A stretch of 64,000 bases of DNA from Candidatus Latescibacterota bacterium (lineage in GTDB: Bacteria; Latescibacterota; UBA2968; SICM01). Both the position numbers and the translations under genes were made by a program. Within the stretch, counting starts at the first letter, position 1. Each line of letters starts with the position of its first letter. The stretch is taken from positions 5,312,001-5,376,000 of the forward strand of contig CBDCJO010000002.1 in assembly GCA_965217865.1 (NCBI GenBank), given 5' to 3'. Below are positions 48,562 to 58,906 of the stretch, piece by piece. The notes under the pieces are model-generated. The model did not search any database and was not told the origin of the DNA. It saw only the letters and a program-made list of their open reading frames with translations.

Positions 48562-49698
48562 CTAAGCCTGGACCAACTCGTCAGGAACGGGAGTCTCCCT
48601 TTCGGCGGAGATGACGTTGTAGAGGTTATCGCGTTCCACCGGGTCACGGCCGGTCTCGACGATCCGGTCGAGAAGCTGTTGGGAACTGAGCATCTGTTTT
48701 GTCTCTTCAACAGTCTTCCGGGTGATCTCGTATTCCATGATCGTACCGTCGATATCATCCGCCCCGTACCAGAGGGCGGCCTGGGAAACTTCGATCGTGT
48801 TCATGATCCAGAAGGTCTTGATGTGGGGAAAGTTGTCGAGCATCAAGCGGCCGACCGCGATCTCCTTCAGATCGTTAGACCCCGTCGGACCTGGGATGGT
48901 TTCCAGTTCTGTTCTTTCCGGATGAAACGAGAGGGGGATATAAGTGAGGAATCCTCCCTTTTCATCCTGAAGTTCCCGGAGACGAATCAGGTGATCTACT
49001 TTCTCTGCAGTATTCTCGACGTGACCGTAGAGCATCGTTGCGTTGGTGTGAAGCCCCACTTCGTGTGCGGTTCGCGCGATGGACAGCCATTGCTCTGAGT
49101 CGGCCTTGGTCCAGAAAAGATCCTCGTGGACACGTTCGCTAAAGACTTCAGCGCCCCCACCGGGTAGGGAAGATAGGCCGTGCGCTTTGAGTTCCACGAG
49201 AACGTCGCGGAGCGGTTTCTTTGCCACACGCTGGATTTGTGCGAGCTCGATCATGGTGAACGCTTTGATATGGACGTCCGGTCTGACCTCTCGGACGGCA
49301 TCTAGAATATCCAGGTAATATCGGTACGGAAGTTTTGGGTTTATGCCGGCCACCATATGGATCTCCGTGATCGGCATCTTGATATGCTCCAGGACCCGAG
49401 CCTTGATATCGTCGGGGTAGAGGACATACCCCCGTTCATCTTTCGGCGCTACATAGAAAGAGCAAAATTTACAAAATTTGTTGCATATATTGGTGTAGTT
49501 GATATGCTGATTTCGGACGTAGTAGGCCAGGTTGCCGTTTATCCGTTCCCGAACCTGGTTGGCCATGATTCCGAGGACGGGAAGGTCTTGGGTCTCATAT
49601 AGGCGTATACCGTCTTCTCGGGAAAGGCGAACCCCTTTCACGGCCTTTTCGTAAATATCTGCGAGATCGGAACTTTTTAACAAACTTTCCACGGGCAT
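48562..49698 (-). CDS. mqnE: Aminofutalosine synthase (radical SAM)
   Basis: N.HINYTNIC...C.FCSF, HIKAFT, NATMLYGH, LDNFPHIK.FW. Confidence 0.92.
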   Translation of the reverse strand: MPVESLLKSSDLADIYEKAVKGVRLSREDGIRLYETQDLPVLGIMANQVRERINGNLAYYVRNQHINYTNICNKFCKFCSFYVAPKDERGYVLYPDDIKARVLEHIKMPITEIHMVAGINPKLPYRYYLDILDAVREVRPDVHIKAFTMIELAQIQRVAKKPLRDVLVELKAHGLSSLPGGGAEVFSERVHEDLFWTKADSEQWLSIARTAHEVGLHTNATMLYGHVENTAEKVDHLIRLRELQDEKGGFLTYIPLSFHPERTELETIPGPTGSNDLKEIAVGRLMLDNFPHIKTFWIMNTIEVSQAALWYGADDIDGTIMEYEITRKTVEETKQMLSSQQLLDRIVETGRDPVERDNLYNVISAERETPVPDELVQA

Positions 49699-49741
49699 CT
49701 ATGTACCTCTAATTTGGCCCAGGTTCATTATCTTCAGGATA

Positions 49742-49824
49742 GCCTTTCGTGGGTTTCGCTTCGCTCAGCCGCAACTAAAAATATGTACACATCTTGCATA
49801 GAAGTTGGAATGTAAGACTCTAAT
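49742..49824 (-). repeat. ~80-bp dispersed repeat, copy d
   Basis: Reverse complement attagagtcttacattccaacttctatgcaagatgtgtacat..gttgcggctgagcgaagcgaaaccc. Confidence 0.8.
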
Positions 49825-51282
49825 TCACGATATTCCCAGCTGATCCCACACCTGGTCTATTCGCTTTTTGACGTCTTCGCTCATCACGATCCTGTCGGGC
49901 CAATCCCGGGTAAATCCTTCCTCCGGCCACTTTCGGGTCCCGTCGATCCCCATCTTCGTCCCATAGCTGAAGGACGAACTTGCGTGATCGAGGACGTCTA
50001 CTGGCCCGGGTGTAAAGTGCACATCCCGACGCGGATCGATGTGGTTCAAAACGGTACACCATGCTTCGACGGGATCCTGAACGTTGACGTCTTTATCGAC
50101 TACGATGATGATTTTGGCCAGCATCAGCAGTCCCTGTCCCCAAAGCCCATTCATGACCTTGTAGGCATGACCGGGGTACTGCTTGTCGATTGCAACGAAG
50201 ATGAGGTTGTGAAAGATCCCCTCAGGGGGCATGTGATAATCCACAATTTCCGGCATGATCAGTCGACTGAGGGGAAGGAAGATTCGTTCCGTAGCGTGGC
50301 CAAGGTAGTAATCTTCCATCGGCGGCCATCCCACAATCGTAGTTGGATATACCGGATCCTTCTTCATCGTGATGGCCGTTATGTTTAATGCCGGATATTT
50401 GTCGGGGAGGGAATAGAACCCGGTGTGGTCGCCGAACGGCCCTTCCATAAGCATCTCCGCATCGGGATCCACGTAACCCTCGAGCACGATCTCGGACTCC
50501 GCAGGAACTTCCAGGTCGACCGTAACCCCTTTGACGAGTCGGACGGGTTTTGAACGGAGGAAACCGGCAAACAGGAATTCGTCGATAGATGGGGGGAGTG
50601 GGGCAGTGGGGGAATACATCGTCGCAGGGTCACCGCCAAGGGCGACCGCCACCTCCATCCGTTGCCCAAGTCGTTTGTGGAGGTCGAAGTGGCGGGCGCT
50701 TCCTTTGTGGCGCTGCCAGTGCATCGCCACCTTGTCTGATGCGAATACCTGGATCCTGTAACAACCGACATTTCGGGTTCCCGTCTCGGGGTCCCGGGTG
50801 ATGACCATCGGCAGGGTGATGTAGGGGCCCCCATCCTGCGGCCAGCAGGTGATAATAGGCAGGAGGCCGAGATCGACCTCCTCATCTCTCAGGATGATCT
50901 CTTGGCATGGCGCCGATCGTACCCTACGGGGGGGGAACTTCGACATTTCGAAAAGCTGTGGGAGCAGGGAGAGCTTGTTGAGCAGACCTTCAGGAACTTT
51001 AGGGTTTAACAATTTTGTGATGCGGGTCCCGACTTCGTCCAGATCCTGAACCTGAAGCGCCATGGCCATACGGTTTTTTGATCCGAACAGATTGATGGCC
51101 AGGGGGATCCGGCATCCGGATACCTTCTCGAAAAGCAACGCGGGCCCCCCTCCGGGACTCTTCATACATCTATCGGCGATCTCCGTAATCTCGAATTTCG
51201 GGTCGATCTCCTTGCCGATCCGACGGAGCTCTCCGGCCCCTTCAAGGGCATCGATGAATTGGCCCAGATTGTCGAACGCCAT
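49825..51282 (-). CDS. mqnL: UbiD-family menaquinone biosynthesis decarboxylase
   Basis: CWP.DGGPYITLP, MHWQ.HK, EGPFGDHTGFY, K.YPGHA. Confidence 0.9.
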   Translation of the reverse strand: MAFDNLGQFIDALEGAGELRRIGKEIDPKFEITEIADRCMKSPGGGPALLFEKVSGCRIPLAINLFGSKNRMAMALQVQDLDEVGTRITKLLNPKVPEGLLNKLSLLPQLFEMSKFPPRRVRSAPCQEIILRDEEVDLGLLPIITCWPQDGGPYITLPMVITRDPETGTRNVGCYRIQVFASDKVAMHWQRHKGSARHFDLHKRLGQRMEVAVALGGDPATMYSPTAPLPPSIDEFLFAGFLRSKPVRLVKGVTVDLEVPAESEIVLEGYVDPDAEMLMEGPFGDHTGFYSLPDKYPALNITAITMKKDPVYPTTIVGWPPMEDYYLGHATERIFLPLSRLIMPEIVDYHMPPEGIFHNLIFVAIDKQYPGHAYKVMNGLWGQGLLMLAKIIIVVDKDVNVQDPVEAWCTVLNHIDPRRDVHFTPGPVDVLDHASSSFSYGTKMGIDGTRKWPEEGFTRDWPDRIVMSEDVKKRIDQVWDQLGIS

Positions 51283-51338
51283 GTCCCTCTCAGGCTCAGC
51301 CTCTCGCTATCGCGGAAAGATTCGAATCGAGGGATGGA

Positions 51339-51938
51339 CTAACATCCCTTTTCCGCTTTAGCTATCATTGCTTCCTGATAGTCTTGGGGTGTATCGATGT
51401 CTTCAAGGATCTCGCTCCTACCAGTCTCCTCCTCGGCCGTATCCTCGGGGTGGCCCCGCGTCAGAGGTTTAAGCCCATTTTTCCCTGAAAGGCCGAGAAT
51501 TTCCTCCCGATAGCGGATACTGATAAGGGTTGGATGGCCTCGCTTTCCATTACACGTCGGGATAACGATCCCTCGACCTCTTTTTACGTGGACCTGGATT
51601 AACCGGTCCACGACATCTGGATCAACCCAGGGTTGGTCGCCAAGACATATTAAAAATGCCGTCGCATCGTTTGGGAGCGCGGTTATTCCGTACTTTACCG
51701 AGGAAAACATACCCTCCCGGTAGTCCGGGTTCAACACGATTTGGATATTACGATCCGCGAGAGTCTGACAAATCTCCTCCTGTTTGCAACCGAGGACCAC
51801 GAGGACGCCGTCAGCCCGGGTCGACAGGAGACGATCAACCACAGTTTGCAGGACAGTCTTCCCCCCAAACGGAAGAAGCTGTTTCGCTTCACCCATTCGG
51901 CGGGATTCACCTGCGGCCAATACAACGGCGTAGATCAT
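51339..51938 (-). CDS. Molybdenum cofactor cytidylyltransferase (MocA-like)
   Basis: LAAG.SRRMG..KQLL, NP.Y.EGM.SS, GDQP, DIDTP.DY. Confidence 0.88.
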   Translation of the reverse strand: MIYAVVLAAGESRRMGEAKQLLPFGGKTVLQTVVDRLLSTRADGVLVVLGCKQEEICQTLADRNIQIVLNPDYREGMFSSVKYGITALPNDATAFLICLGDQPWVDPDVVDRLIQVHVKRGRGIVIPTCNGKRGHPTLISIRYREEILGLSGKNGLKPLTRGHPEDTAEEETGRSEILEDIDTPQDYQEAMIAKAEKGC

Positions 51939-52053
51939 GGCGTTCAGGGGATTTGAATGTCGGACGTGTTTGGCTTATGGACATAATAAGATACCAGATA
52001 TCCCCAGACTCTTGCTGGGACACCTGGCACCCCGTTCCGCTCCCGCAGATCGG

Positions 52054-52581
52054 TCAAGCTGCTTTCGTGGTCTTACGAGAGGTTTTGCGTTTCATCTTTC
52101 GCATTTCTGAAGCAGCTTCGCGAATCGACTCGATAATCTTGACATAACCGGTACAGCGGCAAAGGTTGCCAGCAATCGCGCGGCGGATTTTCTCTTCGGT
52201 CGGTTTCGGGTTTTCCCTGAGCAGTTGGAAGGCGGACATGATTATTCCCGGGGTACAAAATCCGCACTGGATTCCTCCCTTTTCGACAATTGCCGTCTGG
52301 ATGGGGTGAAGGCCGGATTCGGATGCGATTCCTTCGATGGTCGTGATATCGCGACCGTGTGCTTCCACACCAAGTGCAAGGCAGGAGGTGATGACCTTTC
52401 CGTTCAAGATCACGGTGCAGGCACCGCAGTCGCCGGTGCTGCAACCCTCCTTGGTCCCCGTCAATTGTAGCTGATCCCTGAGTGTGGATAAAAGGGTTTT
52501 TCGGGGTTCGACCAGGATTTCATAATCCTCACCGTTAATTCGGGTTTTAATAAGTTGGTTGGACACGCGCGATACCCCCAA
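52054..52581 (-). CDS. (2Fe-2S) small subunit of a xanthine dehydrogenase/CO dehydrogenase-type enzyme
   Basis: GTKEGC..GDCGAC, QCGFCTPG, GNLCRCTGY. Confidence 0.95.
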   Translation of the reverse strand: MGVSRVSNQLIKTRINGEDYEILVEPRKTLLSTLRDQLQLTGTKEGCSTGDCGACTVILNGKVITSCLALGVEAHGRDITTIEGIASESGLHPIQTAIVEKGGIQCGFCTPGIIMSAFQLLRENPKPTEEKIRRAIAGNLCRCTGYVKIIESIREAASEMRKMKRKTSRKTTKAA

Positions 52582-52589
52582 ACCGGCGA

Positions 52590-53462
52590 TTAAACCGTCG
52601 CCGCTTTAAATGCTCTGGTCACCATTCGTTCTGTCAGGACACGGGTCAGGTCTCGACGAAACTCCGCGGAACCCCTCTGGTCGGAAATCGGCCGGCTTTC
52701 TTCAGAGGCGATCCGAGCGGCCTGCTCGATTAGCTTTTGGTTCAATTCCTGGCCTCTTAGTAATTTTTCTGCACGAATTGCTCGAATTGGAGTGGGTGCG
52801 ACGGCCCCGAGGGAGATTTTCGCCTCCTTACAGCGTCCATTTTTTTTAGACATGGTCAAAGCGACGCCGACTCCCACGACAGCGATGTCCATAGCCTCCC
52901 GGATGGTGTGGCGAATATAGGCTGAGCCTGTTCTTGGGGGAGGGGAGGGGACAAGAATATGAGTCACCCATTCTCCTGTTCTCAGAATCGTTTTCCCCGG
53001 ACCGGTGAAAAAACGGCCAAGTTGAATGATCCGCGTTCCCTTCGGCCCCGCGATCTTGACCTTTGCTCCCACTACGATGAACCCGGGTGCCACATCGGCG
53101 GATGGGGCGGCGTTGCAGATATTCCCGACAAGGGTTGCCCGATTGCGAATCTGGACGGAACCGACGATCTCAGATCCCTCTACCAACGCTTTATAATGTT
53201 TGTGGAGGATGGGAGAATTTTCCGCCTCCCGCATCGTGACGCACGCCCCGATTGAAAGCCCCTTCTTTTTATCATACTGGATTTGGTCGAGCCCCGAAAT
53301 TCGTTTAATATCGACCACGACCTCGGGGGTAATGCTCCGATCCTTCATCTTGACAAGCAGATCCGTCCCCCCTGCAAGGATCATGGCGCGCTTCGAATGT
53401 TTCCTTAGGATCGAGACAACGCCTTTAATCGTCGTGGGACACACGTATTCGAAACGGTTCAC
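52590..53462 (-). CDS. FAD-binding medium subunit of a xanthine dehydrogenase/CO dehydrogenase-type enzyme
   Basis: AGGTDL, GS.QIRNRAT.VGN, PISDQRGS.EFR. Confidence 0.95.
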   Translation of the reverse strand: MNRFEYVCPTTIKGVVSILRKHSKRAMILAGGTDLLVKMKDRSITPEVVVDIKRISGLDQIQYDKKKGLSIGACVTMREAENSPILHKHYKALVEGSEIVGSVQIRNRATLVGNICNAAPSADVAPGFIVVGAKVKIAGPKGTRIIQLGRFFTGPGKTILRTGEWVTHILVPSPPPRTGSAYIRHTIREAMDIAVVGVGVALTMSKKNGRCKEAKISLGAVAPTPIRAIRAEKLLRGQELNQKLIEQAARIASEESRPISDQRGSAEFRRDLTRVLTERMVTRAFKAATV

Positions 53463-53560
53463 TTCATCGGTCTCCTAACATAAGGCGATCGGTTAACAAC
53501 AATAGGTATATCATATTATATATAAAGGGCGTGGGATTAGAAGTCAAGGGGAAAGATCGA

Positions 53561-54892
53561 TCATTCGTCGCCAAAAACTTCCACATTTTTGACATTCCTT
53601 TGAAATTCGAGGTACGCTTCTTTAGACATTTCCGGCTTCGAGGATTCGAGGATCGATCTGGCCGAGGACGCATCCTCGAAGAGCAGGTCCACGGCCATTG
53701 CCGCGAGCGCTTTGGCTGGAAGGATATAGGCCATTTCGGGATCCGATATATGCCAATCGGGGGTGTGATGGCCCCCCGTCGCTCCAGCCAAAAAGGGGTG
53801 GAGAGAGGGCATGATATAAGAAACATCCCCCATATCAGTGGAGCCCGTTCGGTGGCCCCCCTGAAAGTACTGTTCTTCTCCGCCGATGAACGGGAGAACG
53901 TTCTCTTTGAACAATTCTGACATTTCGGGATTATTCAGAAGCGGGAAATAACCCGGAAGGGTTTCGATCTCGACACGAGCCCCGAGAGCCAACCCACCTG
54001 CCCGGAACGCTCTGTCTACTTTGGCGTTTGCTTCCTCAATGGCGCCGATCGTCTTACCCCGCACGTAGGTCTCAACCCGGACGTCGGACGGTATGACATT
54101 CACCAGATCACCTCCCCTCGTTATGATAGGGTGGACCCGGATACTGTCCTGGTCTCGAAAAGTCTCCCGAAGAGCATTGATGGCAGTCAGGGAGACGTGG
54201 GCTGCGTACAGGGCGTTGATCCCCTTATCTGGAGCGCCTCCGGCGTGTGCTTCCTTTCCGATGAATCTGACCTGTTTTACGATGCAGCCGTTGAAGGAAT
54301 CGACGACACCGGCCTTCCGGTCTTCTGCAGAATTGTTGGTGTGGATCATCATGGCCAAATCGATATCGTCGAATTCTCCAAGACGGATCAATTCCGGTTT
54401 GCCCCCCAGAAATTCGATCTTTCCCTCCTTCATCACTTTGGATCGATACGCCACTTCGACATACTCTTCCGCTGGTACTGCAAAGAAAACGATATTGCCC
54501 GACAGCGATCCGATTGCCTCCGCGTCGATCAAACCCATTGCAGCTCCCATCAGCCCGGTGATCTGGGCATTGTGGCCACAGGCATGGGCGGCCCCCGTCG
54601 TGGGGTTTGAACGAGGATGATTGGCGACGATGAGGGAGTCCAGTTCACCGATGAGTGCCAGGGTGGGGCCATCCCTACCCGTCTCCAGACGGGCTTTGAC
54701 ACCGGTTATTGCAAGACCTGCTCTGTGGGGCAGATCGAGAGACGCGAACTTCTCCCGGACAAGGGCAGCGGTCTCGAATTCTTTGAAACCCAGCTCCGGA
54801 TTGTCCATAATGGTTTCGCCGATATCGATGAGTTCGCTTCTCCGATGATCTATAGCCTTGTAAACCTTGGCTTTAAGCTCCTCTTTTGTCAT
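53561..54892 (-). CDS. M20 family amidohydrolase (AbgB-like)
   Basis: NPELGF.EF, ELDSL, HACGHN, PAEE, GSTDMGD. Confidence 0.9.
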   Translation of the reverse strand: MTKEELKAKVYKAIDHRRSELIDIGETIMDNPELGFKEFETAALVREKFASLDLPHRAGLAITGVKARLETGRDGPTLALIGELDSLIVANHPRSNPTTGAAHACGHNAQITGLMGAAMGLIDAEAIGSLSGNIVFFAVPAEEYVEVAYRSKVMKEGKIEFLGGKPELIRLGEFDDIDLAMMIHTNNSAEDRKAGVVDSFNGCIVKQVRFIGKEAHAGGAPDKGINALYAAHVSLTAINALRETFRDQDSIRVHPIITRGGDLVNVIPSDVRVETYVRGKTIGAIEEANAKVDRAFRAGGLALGARVEIETLPGYFPLLNNPEMSELFKENVLPFIGGEEQYFQGGHRTGSTDMGDVSYIMPSLHPFLAGATGGHHTPDWHISDPEMAYILPAKALAAMAVDLLFEDASSARSILESSKPEMSKEAYLEFQRNVKNVEVFGDE

Positions 54893-54970
54893 GTGGCCTC
54901 CGGGAACATGGCAATGGGCTGGGACTTGATATAGGTGTCCATAGGGTGTGGACCGTGAATAATTCATTAA

Positions 54971-55070
54971 ATAATAGAGGGTCTTCATGGATTGTCAAGG
55001 GATAATGACCCCTAAGCTTTCAAAAAGTAGGCTATTTCATCTTGACTAATTCCTAACAGTCCGGTAGATT
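54971..55070. promoter_or_regulatory. Divergent sigma70 promoters
   Basis: Minus TTGACA-16-TATTAT (54998-54971); plus TTGACT-17-TAGATT (55042-55070). Confidence 0.55.
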
Positions 55071-55141
55071 TCATGACGGTATAATCCAATAATCTGGCTC
55101 ATACCGAATGAAAAAGGACCTGCAGCCCGGGGGGATCATCG

Positions 55142-55393
55142 ATGCTCTGTGAGCGTTGCGGAAAATACCCGGTTTCAAAGGTTAAGACGGTCCTGGCCAA
55201 CGACGGAAAGTCCTCCGCGTTTTTGTGTGAAAATTGTTTCAAGGCGGAAGGCGAAACGAGTCCTCCATCAGAGGCTTTGGAGAGCCCGTGCGATCGTTGC
55301 CGAGTTAGAGAGGGCACAGTAAAATACATCAAGATGGATGGGGAGCTTCGCACGGTATCCTATCTGTGTGAAGAATGCGCTGAGTCCCGGTAA
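55142..55393 (+). CDS. Small protein with tandem McsA-like zinc ribbons (four CxxC)
   Basis: MLCERC...LCENC and CDRC...LCEEC. Confidence 0.75.
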   Translation: MLCERCGKYPVSKVKTVLANDGKSSAFLCENCFKAEGETSPPSEALESPCDRCRVREGTVKYIKMDGELRTVSYLCEECAESR

Positions 55394-55407
55394 AGGCAGG
55401 GTGATCC

Positions 55408-56223
55408 ATGGAATCCGGACAGATGAAAAATCATGTCTTGATTATCGGAGAGGAGGAGGATTTCACCCGGGTTCTCGCGGTTTATCTATCCGATCTCGGT
55501 CTGCACACTTCAACCGCGAGTCGCTGGACGGATGCCCTTACGCGGATCGAAGAGGAGTCGCCCGGAGTGGTTCTACTCGATCCGTTGCTTCCCACCGTAC
55601 AGGGGGAGACCATCCTCAAGTTTCTCCGACAGGAAGGTAATTCGGTGCCTGTCGTGATCATGTCGGACCATCTCGAAGCGAGGCGAATCGAGACGCTTAA
55701 ATCATTGGGGGCAAGTGAGTTTGTCCAAAAGACCTTCGCTTTTTATCAGATCGCACAGGCTATAGCAAAGGTGCTTCCCGGGTGGTCTGCGGAGAATGCA
55801 CCGCTTATCTCGGAAGAGGAGTTTCAGCGAATCGTCGAGCAGCGGCTCGGTGAAATCGATAAGGAGGATCGGCCTCCTCCGATGGTTGACATCAAACCCC
55901 AACCCATCTCATCGGTTTCCGTTCCATCTCAATCTGTTTCCAATTCACCAGAGGCCGCCGATGCGGCTTCTTCCGGACCGTCTGAGGTTGCCCCCCAGCC
56001 CTCCACACCTTCGACCGAGGTTCAGGAACCCATTCCAGAACCCCCTCCACCTCCTCCACAACCCTCGGCGCCCAGCGAGCCTGAGCACCAGAGGCGAAGG
56101 GTAAGACATCGCCGTAAGGTTGGGTCAAGGAGCACCAGACGCGTCGTTATAGGTTTTCTCTTGTTTGCTTGGCCGTCGGCTTTATGTATTTTTACCTTTG
56201 GAAAGCAATTGCCGATTTTGTAG
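55408..56223 (+). CDS. Atypical receiver domain protein with Pro-rich linker and C-terminal TM segment
   Basis: Receiver fold with IIGEE in place of VDD; Pro-rich stretch; basic patch plus hydrophobic tail. Confidence 0.75.
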   Translation: MESGQMKNHVLIIGEEEDFTRVLAVYLSDLGLHTSTASRWTDALTRIEEESPGVVLLDPLLPTVQGETILKFLRQEGNSVPVVIMSDHLEARRIETLKSLGASEFVQKTFAFYQIAQAIAKVLPGWSAENAPLISEEEFQRIVEQRLGEIDKEDRPPPMVDIKPQPISSVSVPSQSVSNSPEAADAASSGPSEVAPQPSTPSTEVQEPIPEPPPPPPQPSAPSEPEHQRRRVRHRRKVGSRSTRRVVIGFLLFAWPSALCIFTFGKQLPIL

Positions 56224-56290
56224 CTAGCGGGTAGAGCAGGAACGCAGGGAATAGCCGCCAGCTTTCAACGATAATTTGAGTCGGAATTTT

Positions 56291-56329
56291 GGGGTCGGGC
56301 TCCTATTTCAGGAGTCAGATCCTTTTTTT
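56291..56329 (+). terminator. Rho-independent terminator
   Basis: gggtc-gggctcct..aggagtc-agatcc followed by a T-run. Confidence 0.6.
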
Positions 56330-56373
56330 ATTTTTCTTTATGTGGATGACTGGGATCTTTCGAACGGATATCT

Positions 56374-57198
56374 TCAGGCCTGAAGGGGGGAAGGTGGGAC
56401 GGAGACTTCGGGGTGCTGTATGGGGACAGGTGGGGAGATCAGGTTTTCCCGCTGCCGGTTGACAAACCCATCGAGATCTGAGAAGAACTCTTCGACCTGG
56501 AGGGCAACCTGGGACTTGAATTCGTTCAAGGCTTTCCCTTCCAGTTTGAAAGAGGTTCCCACTTCCTCAAGGAACCCATCCAGACCTTCCATTACCACGG
56601 ACATGGTGCGGTCCAGCGCCCGGTCTACGAGATGGAAGAACCCCTGGGTGGCCTCTCCGGAAAGGGATGTCATCCGGTCCGTGGCGGAGAGATATTCTTC
56701 AAATATGTTGTTATCCCCCTCCGAGAGGGTTGTAGACTGGGAGGTAAACTGGTGGAGGAAAGAGGCCTCAAGAGAGATATTCACTTCAAAGGTACGGCCC
56801 ACATCCCCGCCGGTCGAATCAATGTGGCCTGCCGTCTGAGGATCCTGGGATACCGAAATGGAGCGCGTTCGTTCGTAGAAAAGGTTCAAGGCCACCTGAC
56901 GATCCTCTTGAACCCTTCTGTAAGCGGTCGTTCCTAATTCCTCGCTTTTCGGGCTTGTAGATGCGTCTTCCTGCACAAGCGATCGAACTGCCGCAATCTC
57001 ACGACGGATGGACAGATGGCGAAACTGGAAACCGATATTCCCCTGTGCAGAACCGAGGACCCTTTCGAACCTGTCTTTCGGATTGTCCTCTTGTGAGCCG
57101 GGTTGGGGGAGGGGAGTCTGTTGCAGGATCTGGGGATGGAATTGCCTTGGCAGGTTTTGAAAGGGTTGAAGTGACCCCGATTGATCTGTTTGGATCAT
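56374..57198 (-). CDS. Hypothetical protein
   Basis: 274-aa ORF with RBS (gaggg), helical acidic C-half; no family recognised. Confidence 0.6.
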   Translation of the reverse strand: MIQTDQSGSLQPFQNLPRQFHPQILQQTPLPQPGSQEDNPKDRFERVLGSAQGNIGFQFRHLSIRREIAAVRSLVQEDASTSPKSEELGTTAYRRVQEDRQVALNLFYERTRSISVSQDPQTAGHIDSTGGDVGRTFEVNISLEASFLHQFTSQSTTLSEGDNNIFEEYLSATDRMTSLSGEATQGFFHLVDRALDRTMSVVMEGLDGFLEEVGTSFKLEGKALNEFKSQVALQVEEFFSDLDGFVNRQRENLISPPVPIQHPEVSVPPSPLQA

Positions 57199-57291
57199 CG
57201 ATTTCCCTCAGGAAATTGCCGGTTTATTTTCCACCTGTTCCTATGATCGGCAGAATTCCTGAGTTCTTGAGGGCTTTTTTTCGATCTGGCG

Positions 57292-58039
57292 TTATCTTTC
57301 GATCACGATCTCGAATCGCCGATTTTTGGCCTGTCCCTCAAGGGTATCGTTCGGGGCGATGGGCCGGGACTCTCCGAAGGCCCGTATAAACAGGATTCGG
57401 GAGTCGATCTTTCCCTGGTTGATCATGTAATCTCGTACCGTGGCTGCACGTTGTTCGGAGAGGTTCATGTTGAATTCGGCTGACCCCTCGTTGTCCGTAT
57501 GGCCCTCGACGATGGCACGCTTGGGCTTGTGGATATCGATGAACCTCTTTGCCTTCTCCAGGTGCTGGATGGCCTTTGGGAGGAGGGTTGCGCTTCCCTT
57601 GGCGAAAAGCTCCTCTCCCTGGATGACGAGAACGGGTAAGACAAAATCGCCGACGAGAACGGCGTCCCTCTCCCTGAGGGGATTATCGCTCCCCGCCATC
57701 CCAACGATGCGTGCAACACAGTAAGCTTTCGTGTACCTCAATAGATTTCATCTGTCCGATGAAGATCCGGGTGGGGATGGAGATGTCACTTATCTCATCG
57801 ACGATCTCCTTGTTCCGGTACACGTTCATGGTGTTTCCCTTTTGCAGCCCGTGTTGGAGCCCCACCGTGACGTAATAGTCGTTTTTTATGCTGTCCCGAT
57901 TGGCCGCCTCTCCCATATCGAAGGGTGTTTTGACGCGGATGACCCGGAAGCGATTCTTTTGGCCTTCCGCAGGGGAGGTACTCAAGATTATCGGAAAGAT
58001 TAAACATATGGCCTTGATGATAGGAAATAGGGATCGCAT
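57292..58039 (-). pseudogene. Exported protein with C-terminal OmpA-like peptidoglycan-binding domain, +1 frameshift near 57724
   Basis: RBS aggagg and signal peptide in ORF 57683-58039; EGHTD..G...N..LS..RA and NRR.EI in ORF 57292-57741. Confidence 0.82.
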
Positions 58040-58111
58040 GACAACCTCCTTTTATGACTCAAAGCGATGAAATGTAACGTCGTTCCGCAGAAACCTACCC
58101 GTACGACGGAC

Positions 58112-58906
58112 TTATTCGATCACCTTGCCACAATGAGGACACCTCAGGGAACCCGACTTTTTGTGCTCAATCGCTTCAACGAACCCGGCTCCGAGGATTC
58201 CGACGGGGAGTGCAAACATACCCACTCCGAGGATTGCGATAATCGCAGCAAAGAACTTTCCAAGGGCTGTGATTGGATATAGATCGCCGTATCCGACGGT
58301 GGTTAAGGTCACCACGGACCACCACATCGTAGAGGGAATGTTCGGAAAGGCGTCTGGCTGGGCAGCGTTCTCACAGTAATAGATCAATGTCGAAGAGAAC
58401 ACCATCAGCATCAACATAAGCATAGATGTAAGCACCAGTTCTTCTTTTTTCGATTTTATGACATGGCCGATCATCTGGAGGGAGGAGTTGTAACGGAAGA
58501 GCTTCGCGACCCGGAGGAATCTCATCAAACGGAGTACCCGGCCGGAACGAAGATCGACACCGACGAAAGGCAGATAAAAGGGCAAGATCGAAATCAGATC
58601 GATTATAATTAAAGGCCTGGCGATAAACTTTATTCGTCCGGCGAATGGTCTTGAGAAGCGTTGGTCCGATACACAGGACCAGGCGCGTGCGAGATACTCG
58701 ACGGAGAATACCATAACGGAAAAGATCTCAAAACGGTGGAAATATGGGCCCATTCGATCCGAAACGGATGGGACCGAATCCAGGATAACCGCGATGACAT
58801 TAAGAAGGATCAGGGTCAGGATCGTCGCGTCGAACCACCTGCTCGTGGAATCATCAGGCTTGGCAACTTCCACGATTTCCCATACCCTCTCTCGAATCGT
58901 CCCCAT
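58112..58906 (-). CDS. Voltage-gated-type (6TM) potassium channel
   Basis: S4 RVLRLMRFLRVAK, TTVGYGD filter, C-terminal CPHCG. Confidence 0.93.
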   Translation of the reverse strand: MGTIRERVWEIVEVAKPDDSTSRWFDATILTLILLNVIAVILDSVPSVSDRMGPYFHRFEIFSVMVFSVEYLARAWSCVSDQRFSRPFAGRIKFIARPLIIIDLISILPFYLPFVGVDLRSGRVLRLMRFLRVAKLFRYNSSLQMIGHVIKSKKEELVLTSMLMLMLMVFSSTLIYYCENAAQPDAFPNIPSTMWWSVVTLTTVGYGDLYPITALGKFFAAIIAILGVGMFALPVGILGAGFVEAIEHKKSGSLRCPHCGKVIE

